Shown in pieces: positions 32,524-42,578 of a DNA stretch of 64,000 bases. The notes below the pieces were generated by a model. The model saw only the letters and a program-made list of their open reading frames with translations, did no database searches and was not told the DNA's origin. Numbering within the stretch: position 1 is the first letter of the stretch; every line of letters begins with the position of its first letter. This DNA comes from a virus. Lineage: Duplodnaviria > Caudoviricetes. The DNA lies in the IMG/VR virus record IMGVR_UViG_2558860250_000001, positions 32,001 through 96,000 of that record. One strand, 5' to 3'. A program made the position numbers and the translations under genes.

Positions 32524-34604
32524 TTATCATCACGTCCTTCTAATATCGTACCCGCAACACATATGTACACTGCAACTCCAGCTAACATATACGGCCAACT
32601 GTGGAAATGTACAGTCGCGTCTGCGAAGATTATTAGCAATGTAAGTAACAAAATCCATCCGACGAGTATTAAATCCATTACACTGGCACGTTTAATGCGT
32701 CGAATTAACGTTTGCATTCAATCGCCTCCACGTCGATTTTTATGTACTCCACTGGGTCATCGAACACAAATGCAACACCGCACACGAGTCCATACGTATC
32801 ACTCTTTCATATGATAAATTGTATATACGGTATATATAGCCATCAAAATTTCAATCACAATCAAAATGGCTCAATTATACCAATGCGAAAGTGAGCACAC
32901 CCATATCAGTAATCCCATTAAAAAGACTGTCCATATAGCGAGTATCCATTGATGCTTGTCCACACAATCGCCTCCTGGCACGAAATAGTGTCATCAATAG
33001 ACATTTATATCACTCCTTTAAAACGCGCTATTGTTACCGAGTTTAGTATTAAACGCACTACCGCAGCCGATGAAATTTAACATTGTGTAATCACTCCTTG
33101 CAATTTGTTATTTATCGTCGATTAAGCCACGCGCCATACACATTCCCCATGCTGCACGACCATCTTCGAATCCTTGTTTGTAATCGTCTGGTATTGCCGT
33201 TGGAGGTGAACTCCACTCCGTATATATAGAACCACATTCATGACCATAGAAACCATCGAAATGTCCGTCGGTATAATGCAAACTTAGTGCCATGTACTTT
33301 TCGCCATACAAATGTTCAAGTACATATCCACGGCGATCATTGTAACCGTATTTAGCATACACGACCGCCAACGTTGGTGGACAATATACTCCATCATATA
33401 CTCCTTTCCGCGACGGTTTTAGACCAGTTACTTCATAGGCATTGAGAATATCTTCCGGCAGTATGCGATTCATTAATTCATTCCTCCTTGTTAATTACAC
33501 TCGCTACACGTTCACCCTCGAGTGTCAACCATCCTAAATCTAACGTCACGCCATACTCATACCAGCCCTTATTCACCCATTTCTGCAACAGATAATGTGC
33601 GCGTTTATAGTGAATAGGGAAGGTAGGTTGATTGATAATGTCACGCGGTGTTATAACTGATACAGCAACTCTTTTTCATCCTGTTTCACACAATCACTCC
33701 TCGAATTTTGGCAGTTGTGCGATTAATCGTTGCATGTCATTTAGTGACGGTACTTCTTCATACAGAACCTCGTAGTCCGATTCTAACGTATCATCAACTA
33801 TCACTTCTAACCCATACAAATCGCGCACTGGAAACGCAATGATTGAATCACTTGTTATGCGAACCTGCGCCACATCTTTAATGACAGTGTTGATGAATTG
33901 ACTTTTACATTTTATAGCAACTGGTAATTGCATCCTTCTCACTCCTCCACACGTCGATGTTCCCAATTTTGCAATTCCCAGCCCTTCGTCAAATGGCCAT
34001 TGCAATCGACAGAGGCCACTGCGTAATCCTTAGTCACCAGCACACCGTAATCATCTCCATCGGGTTTATTAAAACGTATAACTAATACAATCGTGTTGCC
34101 GATCCGCGATGTCCAAGACAGTTGATCGGGAAATCTGTTCATGTTGCGCAGACACCATTGAATTTCATGGTTAATTATCTCATCGTCCACATCCCATAAA
34201 TGGTTACAATTTGTGAAGTCGGATGGATATTTGATATTAAACTTAGTCATATATATCACTCCTCGCACACTGGTTGAATAATTCTGTCGGACACATTTCC
34301 TCGCGCATCAATCAATCCAAGCTCAATCAACATCCCACCTTTATCCGTTGTTTGTGTTCGATTTCGTCGTATCGCACAGTCTTCAGAAGTTCTCTGGTTT
34401 CGCGGTCATAGATTTGAACAGTCTCGCCATGTTTAACATTAATCATGTGGGTAGCGCCAGCGTCGATATACACTTTACGAATCATATCATCACTCCGTGA
34501 CGTCCATTTTTATAGATAGTATAAAAACTTTTTACAGTATCAAATTTCGAGTTTTCCGTGTCATATCAACGCTTATAGGACTTTTTTAATGTACGTGGGT
34601 ACTA

Positions 34605-35117
34605 TTACTTTATACTATTGTACCGTTTAACTACTTCAGCATAATCAATGGAATATCCACGATATACAATTTGCGGATTCAACATCACATAACAATTTGT
34701 ACCGTGTTTAACACGTTTCAGATATTCCTTATCAGCCAACTCAGATAGCACTTTTGTAAATGTAGGACGACTCCAATCCATCAAATTCTGGATGTCTGTC
34801 AAATTCAGCGTCACCCCACGATATGTAGGTATGCAGTCGTAATTTATGTATGATTGTAATGTCCACATCAACGAACGCGCATTGTGTGATAACTTATGCG
34901 GATTTGGTTTACCGCTATACAGTGTATCTCGTGTATCACGTTGACAAGCATCTACACTTATCATCGTGAACGCGCTCATCAATTTCCTGAACAGTCTAGG
35001 TGTCCGTTTCTTTTCCTTGATGGTTTCATAATCAACCACCAACATTTTGTCTGGAAAAGTGGACGGCATATCATACGCTTCACCAGTCACCTTATTGACT
35101 AAAGCCCAATCACCCAA
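34605..35117 (-). CDS. RepL-like winged-HTH protein
   Basis: DIQNLMDWSRPTFTKVLSEL...YVMLNPQIVYRG. Confidence 0.6.
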   Translation of the reverse strand: MGDWALVNKVTGEAYDMPSTFPDKMLVVDYETIKEKKRTPRLFRKLMSAFTMISVDACQRDTRDTLYSGKPNPHKLSHNARSLMWTLQSYINYDCIPTYRGVTLNLTDIQNLMDWSRPTFTKVLSELADKEYLKRVKHGTNCYVMLNPQIVYRGYSIDYAEVVKRYNSIK

Positions 35118-36726
35118 TCACATCACCTCGAATTGAATATTTATACCATTTCACTGTTGAATATGTATAATTATTTCCCACGTTTTCTGCGTTGTTTGTC
35201 TGCCGTTGTCCATGATTTACACCACGTATGTTGGAGCAAATATGTAGCCCCGTACTGGTCACGTATCCAATAGCCAAGATCGCGTATATCCAATACTACA
35301 GCGCGCACACCATCATCACGTACAATGGGAGTACCATTTTGCCATGTCATCCATATCACCACCTTTAATTAAATTATATCATATAAAACATTGACAATCC
35401 ATAGTATAATTGATATAGTTGTGATAAAATATTGTTGTGGAGGTGAATCCGATGAAACGTAAACTTGTCGATATCGCTTTGTGGACAGGGATTTACATTA
35501 CGGCATGGGCTGCAATGGTCACGGCGTACTACATAATCAAGTATAACGGTGTGTGGGATACGTTATTTGGTTTCATTCTTGTTGGTGTTGCATTAGGGGC
35601 ATTCCCTCGGCTACGTAAATGGATAAGCGGGAGGTGAACATGTGGTTCCTGTATTTGTAAAGCACGTAGATGATACGAAAGATGTGTATGAATTTGCTGC
35701 ACGTGAAAATGTGCATGTTCGCAATATTCTTTGTCGTAAAGCTGGCTATGACGTTGTGTATACGTTACGCGGTGTAGGTACATATGCGAATATACCAGTC
35801 GGTCATGAGTTATATAAAGGTCAGGAGGCGTAGATGATGTCTGTTTGGGGTAACACGCCTATCGCGGCTACTGAAATATGTGATGCGTTTTGTCTATGCG
35901 GTGATTGTTGGAGTTACCGTTCGCTAGTTACAATCAAGCAATTGTCAAGTTTATTATACGAGTCATTGAGTGATGAACAGCGCGACAAACTGCCAGAGTG
36001 GACGCAATCATGGATGATATATGCAATGTATCAAAACGAGAGGATATGATGCTATGTTGCCGTGGCTGAAATTGTGAGCGTGGACTATGTTTGTATATTG
36101 GGGCGAAACGGGAGGAGAAGTGATGGAGTACACATTTGCAGGTTGGCTACATGTGCGTGATTACGGAGAAGCAATGGATGTTCTAATGTTGGATACTGGA
36201 CATCGGGATTACTATAATGGCGATCCGCTTGCTAAACGGTTGCAGGATGAATTAGATTTGCCATGTACGGCATCCGTACGATACTACATTACCAAGTCAT
36301 CTATGACACTGGAGCAGGCGCAGGAGGCATATATTCGCCAGTATTACCGATACGGGGATGTTGATGCCAAATATATCGACCGTTACAGCGAAATCACAGG
36401 GTATTTGTGGACGGATGAGGAGTTAAACGTTGGTGGACATGACTTACTTAGTGAACTGCGTACGTATGGGGGCAAATACCTAATATTAGTCGTTGAGGTA
36501 GGTGATACACAATGACCAATCACAATCCCATCATCGAACAATGCTTCAACTATCTATGCGGCCGTGGTGCTGTGACACGTGAGAGCTATGAGGATGTGTA
36601 CAAGGTGTTGCAGTGGGCATATGGTCGCGGCGTGTCGGATGGCAAGCTATATAAAGTAGTGACATGGATAACTGAAAAAACACCAAATGGTAATACAACA
36701 TATACGCTGAAGGAGTTGGATAATTA

Positions 36727-37155
36727 ATGCACGGATACTGCAATATGTGCGGAAAATGTTGCGAGGCAATACGTGTCAATGTGTCTCCAGAGGAGAAGGA
36801 ACACAATAAATACGTCAATAGCCGTGATTGGTCATTTATCGGCGAACACTGGCGAAATATTAGCGAGGACGAAGCATTTCATATAAATCCACTATTGCGA
36901 TTGCAAAAAGAAGTGGGATTGATTGACCATGACGTATGGTATTACGCGTGTGACATGTACGACAAATCGACTCACAAGTGTATGGCACATGATGATAGAC
37001 CGCCCGTGTGCAGTGAGTATCCATATTATGGACGTATTAAGCCGACGGAAACCATGACATGGTATAGCGCGACGTGTGGATACATAAACGACGAAACAGT
37101 TAGCCCAGGTGAGCGACAATTGATGATAGCGTTGGCAGAGGAGATACTGCGATGA
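36727..37155 (+). CDS. YkgJ-family cysteine-cluster protein
   Basis: CNMCGKCC ... C...HDDRPPVCSEYP. Confidence 0.85.
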   Translation: MHGYCNMCGKCCEAIRVNVSPEEKEHNKYVNSRDWSFIGEHWRNISEDEAFHINPLLRLQKEVGLIDHDVWYYACDMYDKSTHKCMAHDDRPPVCSEYPYYGRIKPTETMTWYSATCGYINDETVSPGERQLMIALAEEILR

Positions 37156-37554
37156 AATGGTTTAAAAGGTGCGACCACGAATATTATAAGGTGCTTGAGG
37201 TCGATGTGTACGATGGATATGCTAATCATGTACGTACTGACTATTACATATATTGTCCAAAGTGTGATAAACGACGTAAGGTTAAACCGTATCAATGGGA
37301 GGTGATTGAGCGGGAACAGAAAATCAAATCTGATTATATCAACAATAGACATTAACTATATGATATAGTTAATATAAAGTTAATTGTAAAGGAGGGTGAG
37401 GAAAATGATATTACAACAGATGATACATGACTTCACTTATTGCTGGTCGCACTGGTCATATCCTACGAATCTATACAAGATGACGATGATTGCGTGGGTA
37501 GGTGCAATGGCATGGCTGGTACGCAGCAGAAAAACAACGAGGGGGAATGTATAA

Positions 37555-38312
37555 TGGCTGAAAATATCACAATGCACGCGGGTAAACTCTATCAGGAATC
37601 GGGACCGATTGATATGGGCAACTTGGTCGAACTTCGCCAAATGGTAATTGACTTGACACGTCGTGTAGAGGCATTGGAGAGTAAGCATCTATCAATTGAA
37701 CAAATAAAAGCGTTATATGGAATGGGAAAAATTCCTTTGTTTGATAATGAAGCAGATGAACTGCGAGTTCGATCAGAGTTTGCGGCAACGCAGCAGCAGT
37801 ACACGCGCGAACAGGTGATTGAAATGGCTAAACGTGATGTGGATGAGTTGATGATGACACAACACTTACACTTTCTACGTGATGGTATCACTATCACTCT
37901 TTCATACGAAGATAAAATTGACTTTGTTGTTAATCGTGATAAACGTACTGTAGTAGCATTGATTAAGTCGTCAGGTAAAGTGTGGGCACGTGGAATTGCG
38001 AAATGTCAACCAGATGATTGTTTCAATGTACATATCGGTAAGGCGATTGCGTTATATCGCGCGTTGGGATTGATGGTGCTGAATATGTACTTGAACGCAC
38101 CACAACCGACGGAAGCGCAGGTAGGAGATGTAATTAAGTGGCCAACTACATCAGCTACATACGTAGTGAAAACTAAATATGCAAGTTCCGCAAATATCGA
38201 ATGTTTGTCTAGTGATAGATTTGTTTTTAGGGGCAAACGATACTACGGGCGTGATATCAGTGAAGCGGTTATCATTGACGACTCACACGATTTCGGTGGC
38301 GAGGTGATGTAA
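37555..38312 (+). CDS. Phage hypothetical protein
   Basis: RGIAKCQPDDCFNVHIGKAIAL motif, recurrent in Bacillus phage proteins. Confidence 0.6.
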
Positions 38313-38873
38313 TGTGTGCAAAATATCATCGCATTCGGTAATGCGCGCGAAGCAACGTTGGAATTTAGAGAAGGCGCGACACCCCGAGTCAATCATTGCT
38401 GATACATTTGCTGCGTCGGAACTGATTGGCGATTTCATCGGTGACCGTGGTGAAATTTTGCAAATTTTATTAGAGAAGCGCAAACAACGGGCGCTCGTAT
38501 ACGATCCTTTATCAGATACCGTGGTCACAGTCTACAGCACAAAGGGATCGCCACTGGCACCAACGCTATACGATTCGGTTATAACGTTACATAAGAAACA
38601 AATTGGCAAATTGGAACGTCGATATAAGTCTATATTCAAACGGTACAATTCTGAACGTGAAAAGTTGGATGACGAACGACGCCGCATTGACGAAGAGATA
38701 CGTAGGTTAAAGATGGAGCGCGACCACATTACGGCTATATTGGACAACTATCAAATTGATTTGTCGCGCATCAACAGTGAGAAGAAGTCGATTATTAAGT
38801 CGATGGCACATTACATGTCCAGTCCTGGCAACATGGATATGGAAGTCGAGTCAACTATTGCGGAGGTGAACTA

Positions 38874-39422
38874 ATGCAAGGTCAAGATGTGCTGTTTTCG
38901 TCAGCAAGCATTGAATGGGGGACGCCGCAGCATATATTCGATGCGTTGGACGCGGAATTCCATTTCACATTGGACGCAGCCGCTAATGTACATAATCACA
39001 AGTGCGATAAGTGGTATGGTACGCAATCTGACGGGACATTTATTGATGGGTTGGCGCAGGATTGGAGTGGGGAAACAATATGGCTTAATCCACCTTATCA
39101 GCGCAATGTAATCGATAAATGGGCACACAAAGCATATACCAGCGCACGAGACAATGGCACGACGGTTGTATTGTTGTTGCCAGCCCGACTCGACGTGAAG
39201 TGGTGGAACAAATACTGTGTGTATGCCCCTGAAATTAGATTTGTCGAGGGCAGGATCAGGTTCGAACAAGAGGGAAAGTATAACTCGGCGACGTTTCCAT
39301 CTGCAATCGTGATATTTAGAGGTGGCGTAAGCGATGTGCCATATCAATGTGTGAAACTGTGGAAGCAACCTAAATATACATGCGTGACGCAATGGAAACA
39401 GCCGAAGGGGATGATGGTATGA
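38874..39422 (+). CDS. Phage DNA N6-adenine methyltransferase (Dam-like)
   Basis: EWGTP, FTLDAAA, DGLAQDW, WLNPPY, LLPAR, GRIRF. Confidence 0.9.
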   Translation: MQGQDVLFSSASIEWGTPQHIFDALDAEFHFTLDAAANVHNHKCDKWYGTQSDGTFIDGLAQDWSGETIWLNPPYQRNVIDKWAHKAYTSARDNGTTVVLLLPARLDVKWWNKYCVYAPEIRFVEGRIRFEQEGKYNSATFPSAIVIFRGGVSDVPYQCVKLWKQPKYTCVTQWKQPKGMMV

Positions 39423-40273
39423 ACGAGTTAGCGTTGGTGGAAAGTCGCGATGTACGCGAGCGGTACATGGAACGAGTTGATGTGTTGGACAAGGTTAAGG
39501 CGTTGACGATGTTACCGGATGATATGCATGTGGCGGCGAAAATGGTCGCGGATTACTACGAAGTGGACTACAACAACGTCATTAAGCCAGTAATCCACCG
39601 TCACCGTGAAGAACTTGATTCAGACGGCATGGTGGTACTACGTGGCGAGGAGTTAAAGAGATATAAAACAGAGTGGCAAAATGCCACCCTAACTGCAAGG
39701 TCGAATCTTACGCTTCTCCCTCGTCGAGCAGTCCTGAGAATCGGTATGTTGCTGCGTGATTCGGAAGTAGCCAAACAGGTTCGTACATATTTACTCAACG
39801 TTGAAGAGTTGGCGGCACCGGAACATAAGCAAGAAGCAGTGGATATGATGGAAGTGCCGAAGACGTTCCTTGAAGCACTAAAATTGGCGGTGTATTTAGA
39901 AGAAAAGCGCCAGGAACTATTGCTTGAGAATGGCGAGTTGAAAAATACAATATCTGAGATGCAGCCGAAAGTTGATGTATATGAGGATTTGGTTAGCGCA
40001 GAAAATTACATGACCATCGCTACAGTTGCTAAGTCGATGGGATGGGGACGAAATAAATTGTTCGCACTTTTACGAGACAAGAATATTCTGCGACGAGATA
40101 ACACTCCATATCAACGGTATATAGACAATGGATATTTTAGCATACGCATGGTGCCTAAACGCGTAGGTGATAAAATAGAAAACTTTCCACAGACAATTGT
40201 GAGTGCGAGAGGGCATGAGTTTATATACAACATCGTGTGTAAGCATAACGTATTTTATTTGAATAAGGAATAA
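39419..40273 (+). CDS. Phage antirepressor (C-terminal ANT/KilAC domain)
   Basis: RAVLRIGMLLRDSEVAKQVR; PKTFLEAL; QPKVD..D; GRNKLFALLR; PYQRYIDNGYF. Confidence 0.88.
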   Translation: MNELALVESRDVRERYMERVDVLDKVKALTMLPDDMHVAAKMVADYYEVDYNNVIKPVIHRHREELDSDGMVVLRGEELKRYKTEWQNATLTARSNLTLLPRRAVLRIGMLLRDSEVAKQVRTYLLNVEELAAPEHKQEAVDMMEVPKTFLEALKLAVYLEEKRQELLLENGELKNTISEMQPKVDVYEDLVSAENYMTIATVAKSMGWGRNKLFALLRDKNILRRDNTPYQRYIDNGYFSIRMVPKRVGDKIENFPQTIVSARGHEFIYNIVCKHNVFYLNKE

Positions 40274-40291
40274 AATTTACATTATAATATC

Positions 40292-40321
40292 TTGACATTC
40301 ATATAGTATATATAATATAAT
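40292..40321 (+). promoter_or_regulatory. sigmaA promoter upstream of the guide-RNA locus
   Basis: TTGACA-N18-TATAAT. Confidence 0.75.
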
Positions 40322-40352
40322 TAATATAGAAGGAGGGTGGAGAACAATAAAT

Positions 40353-40509
40353 AGGGTGACTGGACACCCTTGAGCCGAGATTACAGTGGTGCGAATACAT
40401 AGGTCAACGATAATATCAACGCACAATACACTCGGCAAGGTGAAATATCACCATCGTTTCGCGCGAAATGTGCGGAACCGACACATACAAATACATATGA
40501 TACGGCAAC
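40353..40509 (+). ncRNA. tracrRNA scaffold A (Cas12f1-type)
   Basis: Stems AGGGTG/CACCCT, GCCGAG/CTCGGC, GGTGA/TCACC, TTCGCGC/GTGCGGA; anti-repeat 40477-40509 complementary to repeat A. Confidence 0.82.
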
Positions 40510-40510
40510 A

Positions 40511-40658
40511 GTTGCAACGTATAAATGTAGCATGTATGTGTTGCAGGTACGCACAATAATCAACGCTCCAACAGTCGGGATCGTTGTTGCAACGTATAAA
40601 TGTAGTATGTATATGTTGCAGGTGAACGTATATATGCGACACACGTAATAAACACAAA
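40511..40658 (+). CRISPR. Mini-array A: 2 repeats GTTGCAACGTATAAATGTAGYATGTATRTGTTGCAG(GT), each followed by a 36-38-nt spacer-sized segment
   Basis: Repeats start at 40511 and 40586 (2 mismatches, period 75). Confidence 0.85.
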
Positions 40659-40814
40659 CGGTCAGCCGGGATGAGCCGAAGCCGAGAAGTGACGCTAGTA
40701 CATAATGGTTGGTAAGTTAAATAAAGCGTCAACACTACAGGCAAGGTGCTATAGGCACCACCGTTCGCGCAAAATAGGCGTGAACCACTGTCATACATGT
40801 CACCGTAATTGTAC
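40659..40814 (+). ncRNA. tracrRNA scaffold B (Cas12f1-type)
   Basis: AAGCCGAGAAGTG, TGACGCT/AGCGTCA, GGTGC/GCACC, TTCGCGC/GCGTGAA; anti-repeat 40784-40814 complementary to repeat B. Confidence 0.82.
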
Positions 40815-40815
40815 A

Positions 40816-40986
40816 GTTGCAATGTATATGATGACTGTATGATTAGTGCGGAAACTCGTTCGATTCTTGTCGTCACTGCCACACACCTAGTTGCAATGTA
40901 TATGATGACTGTATGATTAGTGCGGAAAAATAGACCTAGGAATTTTTTTCGTTTCCTTTGTTGTTGCAATGTATATGATGACTGTA
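40816..40986 (+). CRISPR. Mini-array B: 2 full repeats GTTGCAATGTATATGATGACTGTATGATTAGTGCGG(AAA) + 1 truncated repeat, 2 spacers
   Basis: Repeats start at 40816, 40890 and 40963 (the last is only 24 nt); periods 74 and 73. Confidence 0.9.
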
Positions 40987-41050
40987 GCGCGAACCATAAG
41001 TGATTGCAAAATGCCCACACTTTCGCGCCGAATAGGGAGAGTATAAATAA

Positions 41051-42394
41051 ATGATTGTTAAAACGATGCCATATGAAATTATAAAGCCGTTGTCGTGTGA
41101 TTGGGCTGTATTCGGGGAAATGCTTCGTAGACTAAGAGATGAGTCATTTAGAATAAAAAATTCTGCGATACAATATTTTTACGAAGATGATATTAAAAGA
41201 CGGGAATTTAAAAAGAATAATGGTAGATTCCCTAAAAAAGGTGAATTCTATGGTTCTTCAGTATCCGTATATAATTATGTGCGCCCTGATGTAAAATATT
41301 CGGCGATGGGAAACGTTACCTTGATAAACCAATTAGTCAAAAGTGTATGGATTAAATATAAAGATGATGTTGTAAAAAGAAATATGTCTATACCTAGTTA
41401 CAGACCAAATAATCCGATTGAAATTAATGTTCAGTCCTTCAATTCGTTCGATTTTGGGCAAGCATGTGTTAACTTGTTGTCAAGAAAGGGAGTTGAAGAA
41501 CTCAAAAAGAAATTGTCGGAGGTAAAAAAGAAAAAGAATAAAACAGGTGGTGACGATAATCTAAAATTTACGCAAGAACAATTGAATGGCATATCAACAT
41601 CTGTCACATTTGCATTCAACCCTGGGAAAAACAATGCAAAACAAGTTTTAAATCGCATTATATCGGGCGAGTATAAATTATCATCGAGTAAAATCATATA
41701 CAATGAGCGTAAAAATAAATGGATGTTGGCGGTCGCTTATAAATTTGAACCTAAAACAATCGAGTTAGACAAAAATCGCGTACTAGGCATTGATATGGGA
41801 GTTGTATATCCAGCTTATATGGCAGTGAACTACGATAAATACTGGAGAGATAGCATTGACGGGGGACAGATAGAACAATATCGTAAAACTGTGGAGGCGC
41901 GCAGAAGAAGGCTGCAACGTCAAGCTGCTGTATGTGGCAATGGGCGTATTGGACATGGACGCAAGAAGCGAATGCAACCATTGGAGAAAATAAGCGATAA
42001 GGTGGCAAATTTCCGCAACACCGTAAATCATACATATGCGAAAAAGATTGTACAGAATGCCGTTAAATTGGGATGCGGTACGATACAAATGGAGGAACTG
42101 TCTGGTATAAATGAAAAAGAGACATTTCTAAAGAGGTGGACATATTTCGATCTGCAAAAGAAAATTGAGTATCGTGCAAAGGAATATGGCATAGATGTTA
42201 TAAAAATAAATCCCAAATATACATCACAACGTTGCAGTGAGTGTGGATACATAGATGAGCGAAATAGACCAAAGGTACCCGACCAATCGAAATTCAAGTG
42301 TTTGTCGTGCGGATACGAAACGAACGCCGACTTCAATGCGGCGCGTAACATAGCGACACCATATATTGATAAGATTATATCATTGAACAGTTGA
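41051..42394 (+). CDS. cas12f1: Cas12f1-like (type V-F / TnpB-derived) RNA-guided nuclease, 447 aa
   Basis: RuvC triad intact (GIDMG, IQMEEL, NADFNAARNI); Zn finger CSECG/CLSCG. YEIIKPL..DW..FG, MSIPSY, RIISGEY and GHGRKKR are collinear with AsCas12f1 as recalled; adjacent arrays and tracrRNAs. Confidence 0.9.
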   Translation: MIVKTMPYEIIKPLSCDWAVFGEMLRRLRDESFRIKNSAIQYFYEDDIKRREFKKNNGRFPKKGEFYGSSVSVYNYVRPDVKYSAMGNVTLINQLVKSVWIKYKDDVVKRNMSIPSYRPNNPIEINVQSFNSFDFGQACVNLLSRKGVEELKKKLSEVKKKKNKTGGDDNLKFTQEQLNGISTSVTFAFNPGKNNAKQVLNRIISGEYKLSSSKIIYNERKNKWMLAVAYKFEPKTIELDKNRVLGIDMGVVYPAYMAVNYDKYWRDSIDGGQIEQYRKTVEARRRRLQRQAAVCGNGRIGHGRKKRMQPLEKISDKVANFRNTVNHTYAKKIVQNAVKLGCGTIQMEELSGINEKETFLKRWTYFDLQKKIEYRAKEYGIDVIKINPKYTSQRCSECGYIDERNRPKVPDQSKFKCLSCGYETNADFNAARNIATPYIDKIISLNS

Positions 42395-42578
42395 TTTTAT
42401 ATAATATAATTGATATAATTAAATTATAGGGAAGTGATACATATGGAACGCGATGCGCTACTTCGCATATTAGGCGATTTGCTGTTTGCGCTAGATGATG
42501 CTGACACGAGGTATGTTGGCTACATCAACTCACTAATTGTCGAAACGAAGAAAGCAATTTATTTGATGGACACGGAGA

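Noticed and set aside
40410-40566. ACGCACAATA shared between scaffold A and spacer A1
   Set aside because: Only 10 nt, same strand and low complexity; not evidence of self-targeting.
40381-41020. Minus-strand ORFs 40381-40644 and 40448-41020
   Set aside because: They are translations of CRISPR repeats (repeated LHLYVAT / QSSYTLQ), not genes.
41051-42394. IS200/IS605 or IS607 TnpB transposon
   Set aside because: No TnpA or IS ends seen, and no structured RNA at the gene 3' end; upstream repeats and anti-repeats indicate Cas12f instead.
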